In this document: in pieces, positions 1-12,799 of the stretch | How the letters are laid out: each line of letters starts with the position of its first letter | How positions within the stretch are numbered: the stretch's first letter is position 1 | From: Octopus vulgaris | Taxonomy: Eukaryota | Assembly (NCBI GenBank): GCA_951406725.2 | Contig: OX597816.1 | Coordinates: 104,532,001 to 104,596,000, forward strand | Direction of reading: 5' to 3' | DNA length: 64,000 nucleotides | Position numbers and translations under genes: made by a program | The notes under the pieces: model-generated | Seen by the model: only the letters and a program-made list of their open reading frames with translations | What the model was told of the DNA's origin: nothing | The model's database searches: none

Positions 1-366
1 CGTGGTTGAAATCTATTTATTTACATGTATTCTTGATTTGCTAACCGTCATTTCCACCTAGATTATCTGATGAATCTTTTATTATTTCAAAAGTATTTTT
101 CAGAAAATATCACTTATGATATAAATTACACTAACATCTCTCTTCTCTATTCCATACTATTTGTTGTGTTAAAAATCAATAGCAATATAACTATTATTAA
201 ACATTGTGATGATGAAAGAAATAATTTTCTAGGATTTCCATTTGTAGATTCAGACTTAAATTTAACTTTTTGATAACTCGTAACTAAACCTCACTCAATT
301 ACGCACTAAAGGATGACAGCTGAAACGGATCTCAATAAAATCTAAGATGCAAATCGGGATTTAAAT

Positions 367-497
367 AGGCGTGGTTGTGTAGTAAGAAGTTTACGTCCCA
401 ACTACATATTCAGGGTTCAGTTCCAATACGTGGTACCTTGGGCAAGTGCCTTGTTGTGAGTAGATTTGGTAGGTGGAGACTGAAAGAAGCCCGTCGT
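367..497 (+). mobile_element. SINE family A, 5' part (tRNA-derived head plus CORE-like segment), internally deleted
   Basis: Aligns by eye to the full copy at 4124-4522 (GGTTCAGTTCCA B-box-like, CCTTGGGCAAGTG, GAAAGAAGCCCGTCGTA); runs into (TA)n. Confidence 0.8.
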
Positions 498-498
498 A

Positions 499-529
<31 letters not shown>

Positions 530-537
<8 letters not shown>

Positions 538-643
538 ACCGACCAGGCTATCAGATGTTGCTACACATCGCTGGTCACAATGCGTTTCGCATTGTTTTAG
601 CCTGCAAAAATGACGCCACCCCGCTGGCTAAGCGAGCAGGCCA
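530..643. repeat. Short GC-richer interspersed element embedded in (TA)n, with terminal ATCACGTGA motif
   Basis: About 115 bp non-simple island with TA tracts on both sides; same terminal motif as the arms at 38343-38630. Confidence 0.5.
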
Positions 644-708
<65 letters not shown>

Positions 709-731
709 TACATGTATATGCATATATATAT

Positions 732-765
<34 letters not shown>

Positions 766-1814
766 GTATATATATGTATGTATATATGTATGTATATATA
801 TGCATGTGTGTATATATATACACAGACAGAGAAAGAGAGAAAGAGATACAGAAATAGCTGGAGAAAGTACAACCGATACCAATATATCTAAGTTGCTCCA
901 TATATATCAGGTAGAATCCTGAACACTATGTCTGACAATGCATCAAAAACTGATATGAGTAAAGGGGAACGAGACTTTTCTATGTCCTCTATTTTTTTAT
1001 CTTACCACGAATTAGTCATTCTCCTTGAGTAAATATTCCTTTTAGCACACTGGTGGATCCGGTAGAAATATAAGCCTAGCTATCGTACATAAATGTTCAT
1101 TACATGTTACTTAAGTTCATACACTTTAGAACCAAACTGGATATTTCATAAGTTCCCGACAACAAGATTAGATAATGAAACGGTCAACCGGTATCTCACT
1201 TGTTTGTCAGAGGACACCATTTTGAAAGTTTAAAAAAAAAAGGTGAAATATATCACACATAGGAAATCTCCAATTCTGATTGGATATACGAGCATTTATT
1301 AGCACTAAGAATTGATAATCATCGGATAATTGTCTTTAGGATACATTTTCGACAGTCAGTAAATCAGACACAAGTTGTAATTCGTTTTTTGTTACCATCT
1401 TTGCAAATGGCGAAGAGATGTCTATAGATGTTACGAGGTGATATGAATACTATTTCATGATTTAGAGTGTAGAAAAATTAATTAGTGATAAGATAAACCG
1501 AGGAGATAATTTACTAATATCCAATGTTGTTGTTGTCGTAGCTTATGCTTTATCATTGTTGAATATGGTTTGGAAAGTTTTTGAAATCCTGGTTCTATTT
1601 GTTAGTGAGATTAACATTGAATATGAGTCACAAATTCGGTTCCCACCGTGTATGGTGTTCAAAGTTTCAGTGACCATGGCACAGTTGTTTAGTTAGAAAC
1701 GATTAAAGAGTAACCTGCCAGAATGCATAGAATGCCGGCCCCGAGTTTTGATTGGTGTAATACATTCTCCATTCATGTAGCATGTAGTGTTTTCTGTTAT
1801 GCTTTATTTGCTTG

Positions 1815-1965
1815 GATCATTTGGACTGCGGCCATGCTGGGACAGTACATTAAACTACCCCAGTCCTTATTTTAATACCTGGTACTTATTCTATCGGTCT
1901 ATTATACTGAAGTACTAAGTTATAGGAAGTGCACAAAACACTGGTTCTCATGCGGTGGGGAACAC
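1815..1965 (-). mobile_element. SINE family A, degenerate 3' half
   Basis: Reverse complement of 4350-4510 (GACTGCGGCCATGCTGG, GTACTTATTCTATCGGTCT). Confidence 0.7.
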
Positions 1966-2020
1966 AACGAAAACAAAACGTCGCTTGAGTTATATATGAT
2001 ATGTACATTATCGAATGCAT

Positions 2021-2281
2021 CTAAAGCTGTCAGTCTAATCTGCATAACAGTGCACGAACTGACAAGGTTGATAATTAATTAGTTACGCAATACACAAATA
2101 AATTGAATTATTTGAGATGTAATATAAGACAAACTTTCTGTATGTTTATTAAAAAGATACATGTTACACCGCATTTCAAATTGAACAGATAAAAGATGCA
2201 CAGTGCGTTATTAATTCATTAATTGGTTATCCGAATTTTCAGTTCATTACACAGGTATGCAAATTAGACCAACAGGTTTAG
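2021..2281. mobile_element. Degenerate fold-back / MITE-like element
   Basis: Left arm CTAAAGCTGTCAGTCTAATCTGCATAACAGTGCACGAACTGA matches the reverse complement of the right arm, CTAAACCTGTTGGTCTAATTTGCATACCTGTGTAATGAACTGA. Confidence 0.5.
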
Positions 2282-2554
2282 TGTTGTCCGACTTCTTTGA
2301 CATAGTATATAGCTATAGTCATAAAGTATTACTGTCTGTGGACATAAATTAAGTTTTCATTGTATGTTAATTCTCTAAGATTAGAAAATACTCAAATAAT
2401 CAAATCAACACCTCTTTTCTGTCCACGATAAGATTGAAAATCTATGGTGAAACAAAACATTTTATTTTGCGGAAATGTTCAAATTGCATATTTATTCCCA
2501 AAAGAGAAATAGAGATCCTTAACCTCCAGTGGCTGACATGCTAATTAGCCAATA

Positions 2555-2680
2555 GCTAGGACTCTAATACTCCGGATCAGAGTAGACCTGGGAACAGGTT
2601 ACACACACCTCAAAACCCTGAAATTCTCGTATCAGGACCCAACGTCTGGATGGATTTTAACGTCATACCCAGGACTAGCA
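2555..2680 (+). repeat. Degenerate interspersed retroposon 3' fragment
   Basis: ACTCCGGATCAGAGTAGACCTGGGA...GTCATACCCAGGAC, recalled as a cephalopod SINE/LINE-tail-like repeat; single copy in this window. Confidence 0.35.
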
Positions 2681-2721
2681 CTTGAATATATATATATTAA
2701 AGTATATATATGATGTACATG

Positions 2722-2795
<74 letters not shown>

Positions 2796-2876
2796 GCATA
2801 TATATATATACGTATGTATATATGACATACATGTATATGTGCATATATATATATACGTACACACACACACATATAT

Positions 2877-2919
<43 letters not shown>

Positions 2920-4046
2920 TATGTACATTATATCACATTCAATATAATATATATTTCATACATGTATGTATGTACATTATTTATAATATGCAACCCACAG
3001 AAGCATGTATATATATATATATATATATATTGGTGGAGAAATTACTATATGTCTATGACATATCCTTTACGACAAATAAAAACGTTAGTCATGATTGTGA
3101 TATATACTCCCTCCTGGATAAAACGCTAGTCTATTACTGATAATATTCCCAGAAGATTGGCCAAATGTTTCACATTTATGAACTATGTCACGTAGAATGT
3201 ATTCTCTTCGTAATACATAAGTCTCATAAAATATACTATATCTCCTTATTTTTGCTTTAGATAAGGAAAAAAAATGTCATGTTTACAATTAGGAAAGAAA
3301 GGTCATTTTAGCAAGATCGATTAATGCATTTATTTATCTCTAAATAAAGTTACTCTTCCTTTCATTCACATCTTTGTGTTAATCTATACAATTGAGATAT
3401 TATCATTTGGAATGACTGCCAGAAACATGTTCATTATATATTCCAAAGTAATCTTTTTCATCTTGCATTACTATAGCGTACATTTCTAATTATCGTTGTT
3501 TACAGAAAAAAGGTTAAAATGTAAAACATATAAATAAATCCAAACACGAAATTTTGTGTTATGATTAAGAATTTAATAAGTTGAAATTGTAATAGTGAAA
3601 AGATGATAGATTATTATTAAATGCCTTAAACATATTTGACAGCCTCTAATTATGGCGTTATCAATAACTTGAACATATACCAGTCTTTCAATATATCAAA
3701 GCTAGTTCAAAAGTATATAATAAAAATAATCAGTAATTTTGTAACTATGAATATGAAATCTACTCTTGCAAATGCAATATTGAAAAGCAATTATTTTCTT
3801 CCTCTAAAGGTGTACTTGAGGTGAAATTAGTAGTTTTGCTTTAAAATAAAATATAGCTAGGAGGGGGCAAGTGTGCGGATTTATTATTTATAAATGTTAA
3901 ATTCATTACCATACGTATTAATAAATATGAAGGTAAATGACTGTCTGATCGTGCGCGGTACCCTATACGTTCCTTTCCGATTGTAGCACTATCCGAGTAT
4001 GAAATTTGATGTAGTTGACGTATATCAACTATATTTATTGATTGAT

Positions 4047-4121
<75 letters not shown>

Positions 4122-4123
4122 TA

Positions 4124-4522
4124 GGCGCAGGAGTGGCTGTGTGGTAAGTAGCTTGCTAACGAACCACATGGTTCCGGGTTCAGTCCCACTGCGTGGCATC
4201 TTGGGCAAGTGTCTTCTGTTATAGCCCCGGGCCGACCAATGCCTTGTGAGTGGATTTGATAGGCGGAAACTGAAAGAAGCCTGTCGTATATATGTGTATA
4301 TATATGTATGTGTGTGTGTGTTTGTGTGTCTGTGTTTGTACCCCCTAGCATTGCTTGACAACCGATGCTGGTGTGTTTACGTCCCCGTCACTTAGCGGTT
4401 CGGCAAAAGAGACCGATAGAATAAGTACTGGGCTTACAAAAGAATAAGTCCCGGGGTCGATTTGCTCGACTAAAGGCAGTGCTCCAGCATGGCTGCAGTC
4501 AAATGACTGAAACAAGTAAAAG
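4124..4522 (+). mobile_element. SINE family A, near full length (tRNA-derived, CORE-like domain, internal (TA)/(TG) microsatellite)
   Basis: A-box-like TGGCTGTGTGG, B-box-like GGTTCAGTCCC, CTTGGGCAAGTG CORE-like segment, tail AAGTAAAAGA; at least 8 related copies in the window. Confidence 0.9.
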
Positions 4523-4585
4523 ATATATATATATATACATAAAGAGAGAGAGAGAGAGAGATATATATATTATATATAGATGCGT

Positions 4586-4810
4586 ATGGTTTAGTAGTTA
4601 GCATGTTACCCTAATAATCATAAGATTGTTGTTTCGATTCCTGGACCGGACGCTGCGATGTGTTCTTGAGCAAAATACTTCATTTCGTGTTGCGCCAATG
4701 AGTGAGTAATCCTGCGACAGACCAGTGTTCAAATTGGTGTGAAGGGATACATAAACTAAGGAATTTGAGAAACCGGCTTTATAAGCCATGTGCCCTTGGC
4801 TCGTAAATCA
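4586..4810 (+). mobile_element. SINE family C-like (tRNA head), degenerate
   Basis: TGGTTTAGTAG A-box, GTTTCGATTCC B-box, GTGTTCTTGAGCAAA; head related to 13775-14108. Confidence 0.6.
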
Positions 4811-5864
4811 CCTTTGATCTTGATCTTTTGATATGTTTGCATACCTGTATACACACATATATAAACCTATGTATGTGAAACAAATTTGGAAAATTTATTT
4901 TTCCCTTCACTTCCATATTAGCTCCAACATATACATCATGCAATCTGAAAAATATAGGTTCCAATTGCACATCATGAAACATAAAAGAATATGAAGAATG
5001 TAAATATCACATCCCAGAAGATGATGAGGCAGATTACCGATCGAAATATGGAAGTTCCAAATATTCTCTGTTGTTGTTAGTTCTTTTCCCATTAACATTC
5101 ATCGCGCGAATCCGTGTTCAAAGGCATTTCAGTCTTCATCATGTCGCCTTCATATAAATTGTTTTAGATTAAACTGCCAATTGTTCTTTAATGATTTTAA
5201 AGACAATACGTTATGATTTTGAGAGATTTTGCTCTACTTCTTGCAAACCGAGTGAATACGTAGGAGCTGCCTTACTGGATCGTATTAGTTGGTTGCTAAA
5301 AATTAAAAAGGATGATAAATTTTACTTGATGCTTGGGAGTTGATTCTCAAAGAATGTTTTCTCTTCTGCTCATCAGTAACATTGTGTTTTATTTGCACAT
5401 GTATTTCAAATAATTACGTTAATCTGTTCACTGCCTTCAAATATTTCTACTTTTTATGCTGTGTTAACCAAGAAATGTGTTTAAAATCAGCAATTGGAAT
5501 TCCGCTTTCACAATAATATCTCATTATTAGCTGATACTCTCAGATTTTATATGAGTTGTATCCCATTTTATTTTTTAAGGAAGATATGAAAATTTAGATT
5601 ATTATTGTCGTACAAAGTTTTAAAAGAAACTGATGTTTGCTTTGAGATATTTGATCATAAAGTGAGGTTGAAGTGACTCAAGCAATAAAGGAAAACGAAT
5701 GGCGGATTCTATTCACTAGGAGTTTACCCCATCTCGACTGCATCCACATAATCTTGAACGTTTCGTGAAAATAGAGAAGTTAAGTTTCAAAGTATAAACT
5801 CTGTAAAAGAAAACACTGTAAAAGAAAAATCTCTAAAATATAGTTGTATTAAGAAAATTGAATA

Positions 5865-6133
5865 TAGGTGATATAATTTTTCGGAAATTTGCACCAATAC
5901 AAAATATCCTGTATCATACTGATTCCTTCTTCATAAATACAAAGTGGAAGATGAGCGTTAAAATTTACTCCTTATATGACTTAAATAACAAATTTGGTGA
6001 TATAATTTTAGGTGATATAATTTTTCGGAAATTTGCACCAATACAAAATATTCTGTATCATACTGATTCCTTCTTCATAAATACAAAGTGGAAGATGAGC
6101 GTTAAAATTTACTCCTTATATGACTTAAATAAC
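5865..6133 (+). repeat. Direct duplication of a 125-bp unit (5865-5989 and 6009-6133)
   Basis: Two copies with one mismatch (ATCCTG/ATTCTG); the spacer contains a third partial start, GGTGATATAATTT. Confidence 0.95.
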
Positions 6134-6153
6134 TAATTTTAATATCTTTACTA

Positions 6154-7403
6154 TTAGGTTGTCAAGTATGAAACTTGTAGAAAAGAAAAAAGTTTGCTAA
6201 AGTTTTATAAACACAAGGAATAGTTTTATTCATCAAAGTATGCAACTACATTGTCAACACATTTTGCCATTTCAGCGGTATCTTCTCCAACCCGGAAATG
6301 TAAAAGCCTGGCAATCTAGAATCAATAAAATCTTGGAAGGCCTGGTTTACAGCATCGTCGGAATTAATTATTTTTTTCCTATCAAAAAGTTATCCAAATT
6401 CTGGAAGAAGTGATAGTCAGTGGGGGCAAGATTAGGTATGGTGGATGATGAACTTCCAACTCCTGTAGTTTCGCCAATGTCATTTTTGCGGTGTGGTCTG
6501 GCGTTGTCTTGCAATAAAATAGGAGTGGATCTGTTGACTAATCTAGGCTGTTATTTTTCTTTTGTAAGTTTCTGCATCATTTGGTCCACTTGGCTGCAGT
6601 ATACTTCGGCCGTGATTGATGAGCCAGGTTTAATGAAATCGTAATGGATCACACCTGCGCCAGACCACCAAACACACACTATCAGCATCTTTTGATGAAT
6701 TTTGCTTTTGGGACTGTGTTTTGGTAGCTCGTCTTTGTTCGGCCATTGTGCTGAATGTTTACAGAAGTTGTATTGGTTCCAGCGGTTCCATGTTACAATT
6801 TGATTGAAAAATGATTCATTTTTGTGGCGACAAAGAAGCATTCCAAATGTTGCTGTTTCTGATTTTCATTGAGTCAATGGGGAACCCACTTATCCAACTT
6901 TTTCCACTTTACTGATTTGAACTATGTGAATCAATATTATTTGCTTGCTAACACCAAACAACAATGATAATTCACGGGTACTTTGAGATGGGTCTGACTC
7001 GACGGTGGCTTTCAGTTGTCATTATCCACCTTTGATTCTAGTCGATTGCGTTGCTCATTTGTAAGGTCAAAGTTACCAGAACGAAATTTTGCAAACCAAT
7101 TTGATACTGTCTGCTGTTTAATACTCCATTAATATTTCGAGCTGTTTGTGATACTGTATTTCCAAGAAAGAACTCATATTTCAAAACTGTATGAATTTCC
7201 TCCTTATCCACCTCTAAACAAAAATAGCAAAAAACGATTTATAACATACTTTATAAAGCGCAAAATGAGTTGGAATAAAGAAATAGATGTGTCAGCTTTC
7301 AAACAAAAAATAAAGATTGTCAAAATGTAATAATGGCGCAATATGAACAGCTGTGAAAGTTTACCATATACCTTACTACAAATTTCATACTTGATGGACC
7401 TAA
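6154..7403 (-). mobile_element. Full-length mariner (DD34D, Hsmar1/cecropia-like) DNA transposon, inactive
   Basis: Imperfect TIRs of about 27 bp (TTAGGTTGTCAAGTATGAAACTTGTAG / TTAGGTCCATCAAGTATGAAATTTGTAG), TA on both flanks, 1250 bp. Confidence 0.92.
6230..7211 (-). pseudogene. Mariner transposase pseudogene
   Basis: Motifs DKEEIHTVLKYEF, DKWVPH*, VCVWWSGAGVIHYDFIKPG, LLQDNARPH, LAPTDYHFFQNLDNFL, interrupted by stops, frameshifts and a deletion. Confidence 0.9.
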
Positions 7404-7625
7404 TATTTAAATTTCATGAACTACTATATTTGTGTATATTTTATTTCTTGCTGTAATTTAGTTGCTCATTTTGAATTGATAAAAGGTGGGTTTTTTTCTA
7501 ATTGTATATATATATATATATATATTATATTGTGTGAAATTTGATTTAGTATTTCTAAATTGAATTTTTTTTCCCTGGAAGTTTGGATTTTTATTCCCTC
7601 AAATAATTATCATATATATATATAC

Positions 7626-7743
<118 letters not shown>

Positions 7744-10025
7744 TGATCGGCACCTACACACACATGCATATATTGTATGTATGTATTATCATGCCATATA
7801 TATCGTCAAATGACAACCACTCACAAGTAGATATGTTATTTAGATTTAAATTCAAACAGATTCGCCATAAAGGATGTGGATAAATATGAAGGCGAAATAA
7901 TATTGATAAATTTTAAAGGTTATGTTTTCGAATTTAGAATTGACCAACCATAGTTGTTGACATTTATAGATCATATCTGAATGGCATGAGTGTCTATGTG
8001 TGTTTTCTTTCTCATGACGTAGCATCATATTTGATGTAGCTTAAATGAATTAAAAAGAGGCTATGAGTAAGTATGGATTAGTATGAGAAGTAAATTAATA
8101 CCTTTAGTATGGAAAGATATGTTTTCTTTTCCTTAAGCCATGAAGAGAGTATTTGAGACAGAGGTAGAGGGGAGAGAGAGAGAGAGAGAGAGAGAGGAAT
8201 GCTGAGAGGTGCTTTGTGATAAGATTAATACAAAATAGGTGGTATAATAAAGTGAAAGAAAAAGAGAGAGAAAAGAAATGTAAAAGAAAAAGAAAAGAGA
8301 GTGAGTTATAAGGAAAACGTAGGAGATACTATAAAAACATAAAAAAAGGTGTTGTACTCAGATTATGGGTGGTAAAAGTGAAACAGTAAACAGAAATAAT
8401 CAATTATGACTGCAAAGCAACTGCGTGGAAAATAGAAGTGGTAGTTGTTTCATATTCGTTAAAGCAGTTTTAAGTATGCAAAATGAAAATATCATCTAAA
8501 TATCACGAAGGTCAAACTGCTCTATAAGATAAACCAGGCGGTAAGGTCACTGATCTGTTAATAACGTTTTTGTTTGTTTTCAAGAAATCGTTATTTCTGT
8601 CATTGCTTTTCTTTTTGATAAAACAAGTTACACGATATCCAAGCGAAGTTATGTCGCCTTTCAACGACTGCTAAATATGCAAATAGGCCAATCCACTGAA
8701 AAGCATAGTGGGTGAGTAATAAATATAATATGCTTCTTGTTGTAGCTGTTGTTGTTTAGCTCAGGGTTATTCAAAGACGGCTATTCTAGCCATAACCATA
8801 CCGTTTACATTTTACTTGAAAAATGGATCACTAACAAAATTATGTAATGTGTGTTTTAATATAATTTCTCTATTTTCCATGTATAGTAGGGTGGGTAAAG
8901 TGGCAGTGGTTTCTTCAATGGGTTGTATAAATATTAAGTCTATATTTAGATTTCTATTAAGTAAAACGACTGAACATAGAATGTCTAGGTAAGACATTAT
9001 GACTTGTTAGTAAAAAGCAATTGTCTTCATGTGTTTTATAAAAATAGGAAATAAGTATAGTAAGTAAACTCTGATCAAAAATCAGCCACAATTTACAGCT
9101 ACCTAATGACATGAGTAACATATGTAATAAAGTATTATGTTGAATTAACTGGCGCGACAATCACCAGACACCAGACAGATTAATAAGCTTACTAAAACTA
9201 ATTCTGACTGGTCATGAACTACCTGACCGAAGTAAAAATGTATTAGACAGTGTACGGATTTGACAAGAAAGAAATTAATTTTGCTATGCTAAAGATATAA
9301 CACTGAATCAAAAAAGAAATGTACTTAGACAAATTAGTTGATAAGATCCTAATGTTTGAGTGCATGAGATTAATATGGCATTGGAGGTGCGAAACGTACA
9401 AAAAGCTCCAATATATTTTTATTCCTGGATGTTTTAGGTTAAATTTCGGTGGATTTTTCTTTGCTTTTATATCTGATTATATTTTATGAAAGTAGCATAT
9501 AACTAGGTTGCTTTATTCGGCCATCAGTTCCACGAACGGCTGATCATTCTTCTAAAAATATGTCATTTTGTGCATTATTTTCACAATGGTACAATATAAA
9601 ACTTTTCTCTGAATTCTTGAATAAGTTCAATAGGCTTTTCTTGTAATAAAGTCTACAATACATTGCCAAGTTTATTGTGTAGTGCGTAGTATTAATTTTA
9701 TAAATGTATAACATATTTTTAAGGAAAAACTCACCTATATTGTGTTTGTAAAAAGTATATCTTAAAAATTATTTTGCCCACCAGTAGAGCTTGTACCGTT
9801 GATATTCAGCCCCCCAACCGGAAGAAATATTTGATTCAAAATTAATCGAAATGAAAGAAAACCCCTTTTAATATTGATGTATACATTATACGTGTCGTTA
9901 GTGTTTGAATATATTTCACACGAACTATTATGGCCTCTCATACTATCTGAAATTTATTTATATTGTTACACAAACACACACTCATACAAATACACACACT
10001 CGCATACACACACGCATATATATGC

Positions 10026-10062
<37 letters not shown>

Positions 10063-11129
10063 TCGCCATGAATATGTCCCTTTCGAATTTAACTGAGTTT
10101 GTTCTGCGTATATGTCTCAGTTTGTTCAAAATATGGTATGTTTAATTGGACTCGGCAACATACATGATATCAAAATAATTTGTTAAAAAGAAAAAAAAAA
10201 TTAAATCGCAAATCTGTTTCATTTTCCAAGTAATTATTGCTTAAGAAATTAGATATTCTAGTTCCAGTATTATTTAAAATACCATGCAATCACTCACATC
10301 AATCATTCAACTAAGAATAGTAAAATGTGGCAAAAAACACCTTTTCATAGTTGTGGTAGTGTATGTTAAATGTGTCGTGAAAGGATGGTAGTGCTACACG
10401 ATAAAGTTAGTATTAGTTTCAGAATACTATATTTTGTGTATTGTTAGTAATTGAACTAGTTCCGGCAATCTGACTCTATTCACGAATCACCCCAGCAGAA
10501 TGACCTTGAACTCCTTAAGATATGTATGTTGTATAGAGAACACCGAGGAAATCCTCTTGTATGCACCAGAATTTCATAATCTGATAGTAAGAGGATTACT
10601 ATGATATCCGCTAACAAATTCTAATAAGCTCTCGTAGTTGACTGACATAAAATATGGAAATGGTTTTAATAAAAAAGTAAATTTAAATGTTTTCGTTTTG
10701 TTTTTATTTATTTATTTTTCTTTCCTTGTAAGAAAAAAGAAAACAAAAAAAAAAGGAAGGAAATGAAATCTGCTTATAACAATTTGTTTCAGGATTTCTT
10801 TTATCTTGTTTCTTCTAGAGTAAAATATTCTGGAAAATATTCCCTGTTTCTGTTCAAAAGGAAGTTTTATGTTTTTCTTTGACATTTTGCATTAGTGAAA
10901 AATTCTTGCTCTAGAGCATAATAACCTTGATGACAGTTGCAACTAGACAGTTCGACAGAATGTTTAACAGCCAATAGAAGGCTGCAAGATGTATAATTTA
11001 CAGCTACCGCTAGAAAATACTGGGCCTATAGAAAGAGTTAAACGAGAGGAATTCTCACAGAGTTATCGAAGTTACTGTGGAGATGGCGATCGAGCTTTCA
11101 TAAAATTAGCGAGAATCTTTCTGTCCACT

Positions 11130-11340
11130 AAGCAAGGGAGCCTCTGTGTCGTCCAGTGAACTTGTAGAAATAGCACGTAAATATCCCTTATATGTCACTC
11201 TGCTATCTTATATATATATAGGATGACATATTGAATGATAGAGTTACACACTTTTCAAGAAATTATGATGAGATGCTCTAAACCAAAACATTCTGAGTAC
11301 AAGTGTGCCCAGTGAAGTCTGACTTAGATCTATAAGACGA
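11130..11340 (+). mobile_element. Older dispersed repeat family D (probable SINE); related copies near 5100-5290(-), 15370-15575, 16270-16480, 17960-18160, 20770-20940(-), 25520-25720(-), 31760-31930, 55300-55480, 62090-62220(-)
   Basis: Shared degenerate motif CTTG(C)TAGAAATAGCAGC...AAAT...TCAC...CTAC and GATG(G)TCATGGCT...GACCTG; divergence is high and boundaries are approximate. Confidence 0.55.
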
Positions 11341-11531
11341 CGTCAGTAATATTGCAAAGAAACAAACAATCAAGGGCCCTACTAGAAAGATACCAACATG
11401 ACTCACAGATCCTTATACCTCAATATAACTGAAGAGTTTATCACAAACTTAGAAGTGAAATAATAAATTAAATTTTAATGAACTACGATGATGCAGTATG
11501 CACCATTTTCTACACTAAAGTAACAATAACG

Positions 11532-11564
<33 letters not shown>

Positions 11565-11565
<1 letters not shown>

Positions 11566-11811
11566 CGGGAAGGTTTACGAAAATAAACAAAAGACGAAGG
11601 CAGGTGGAGTACAAACAAACAAATGTATTGGTATGGCGCTCAGGAATAGAAATAGAAAAAGTCTTTTACGTTTCAAGCCTACGCTCTCCGACAGAAAGAT
11701 ACACAGAAAAAAACAAGGAGAGAAAAAAATGCGTGTAGGAGCTAAAGATCTATCATGGCGTCCTGACTTCGGACAGTGGTCAGACGCGAGAAGGACAGTA
11801 GGGGAGATAAC
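11565..11811 (-). mobile_element. Penelope-like pseudo-LTR-type unit between microsatellites, with a degenerate hammerhead-like motif
   Basis: Flanked by (TA)n and (TATG)n; minus strand TCTTT-CTGTCGGA-GAGC-GTAG-GCTT-GAAACGTA-AAAGA. Confidence 0.5.
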
Positions 11812-11834
11812 ATATATGCATGTATGTATGTATG

Positions 11835-11867
<33 letters not shown>

Positions 11868-11878
11868 GTGTATGTATG

Positions 11879-11912
<34 letters not shown>

Positions 11913-12324
11913 ATATTTTTAATAAAAGCAAATTTGTTTTATTTTTTACGTTCTACAAGTTCCGGGTGTTTCCAACCTTACGACAACAAAACACACACAC
12001 GGACAATTGCACACGCGTAAACACAAGCATACAAACTCATATATATTATTTTACAAGGAAAATATTGGTAATTATTTCGTGATTTCGGTGTTGTTGCCTT
12101 CATTACACTGTCGGGGAAAAAGAACCAAGTCGAAATTTCGATAACACTGTCAATATTTTCTTTGTAAAAGTAAGATACACTGCTTCAGTGCACTGGGAGA
12201 TACTGCCTTAAATATTTCGCTTATTTTTAATATATTACCATACATAAAAGCAAATAATGTGTGTGTGTGTGTATGTGTCTTCTACACTTCCACACTTCCA
12301 CACACATACATGCACACAACAGAG

Positions 12325-12365
<41 letters not shown>

Positions 12366-12443
12366 GGTCCCGGTTGATTCGGGTTAACCACAGTAAGTAA
12401 GGTACTCAATACATAGCAGAGTAAATTAATTTATTATATAGAA

Positions 12444-12498
12444 GGAGTTCTACAGGACTAGTACTGTTTCATTCAAGAGAAATCTTCAGGAAGCTCCC
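12444..12498 (-). ncRNA. Type I hammerhead ribozyme motif (minus-strand mirror copy)
   Basis: GGAGCUUC-CUGAAGA...GAAACAG-UACUAGUC-CUGUA-GAACUCC; stem I of 7 bp with one bulge. Confidence 0.7.
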
Positions 12499-12542
12499 TG
12501 AAGATTTCTCTTGAATGAAACAGTACTAGTCCTGTAGAAGCT
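12492..12542 (+). ncRNA. Type I hammerhead ribozyme motif (plus strand)
   Basis: AGCUCC-CUGAAGA-UUUC/UCUU/GAAU-GAA-ACAG/UACUAGUC/CUGU-A-GAAGCU: intact core, 4-bp stem III, GUA cleavage triplet (12534-12536), 5/6-bp stem I, weak stem II. Confidence 0.7.
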
Positions 12543-12554
12543 CCTTCTATATAA

Positions 12555-12619
<65 letters not shown>

Positions 12620-12756
12620 GTATGTATGTAGCTCAGCTTGTGTGTGTGTGTGTGTGTGCGTGTATGTGTGCGTGTGTATGTATATATGTAGATATAATGT
12701 ATAGATATACATGTATATATAAATACTATGTTAATTATATTCATTATATATCATTA

Positions 12757-12799
<43 letters not shown>

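Larger units (their letters stand above)
12363..12559. mobile_element. Penelope-like pseudo-LTR fragment ending in a 60-bp fold-back, inserted in (TA)n
   Basis: Inverted arms 12431-12490 and 12497-12557 differing by one indel; (TA)n on both sides. Confidence 0.7.

Noticed and set aside
5858-6136. 92-aa ORF with an internal repeat, or a CRISPR-like array
   Set aside because: Only two long copies and no spacers; explained by a local duplication.
11425-11462. CTGAAGA-GTTT/AAAC hammerhead-like start (similar chance cores near 66, 5370, 18758 and 60645)
   Set aside because: No GAAA directly after stem II and no stem I/III; chance matches.
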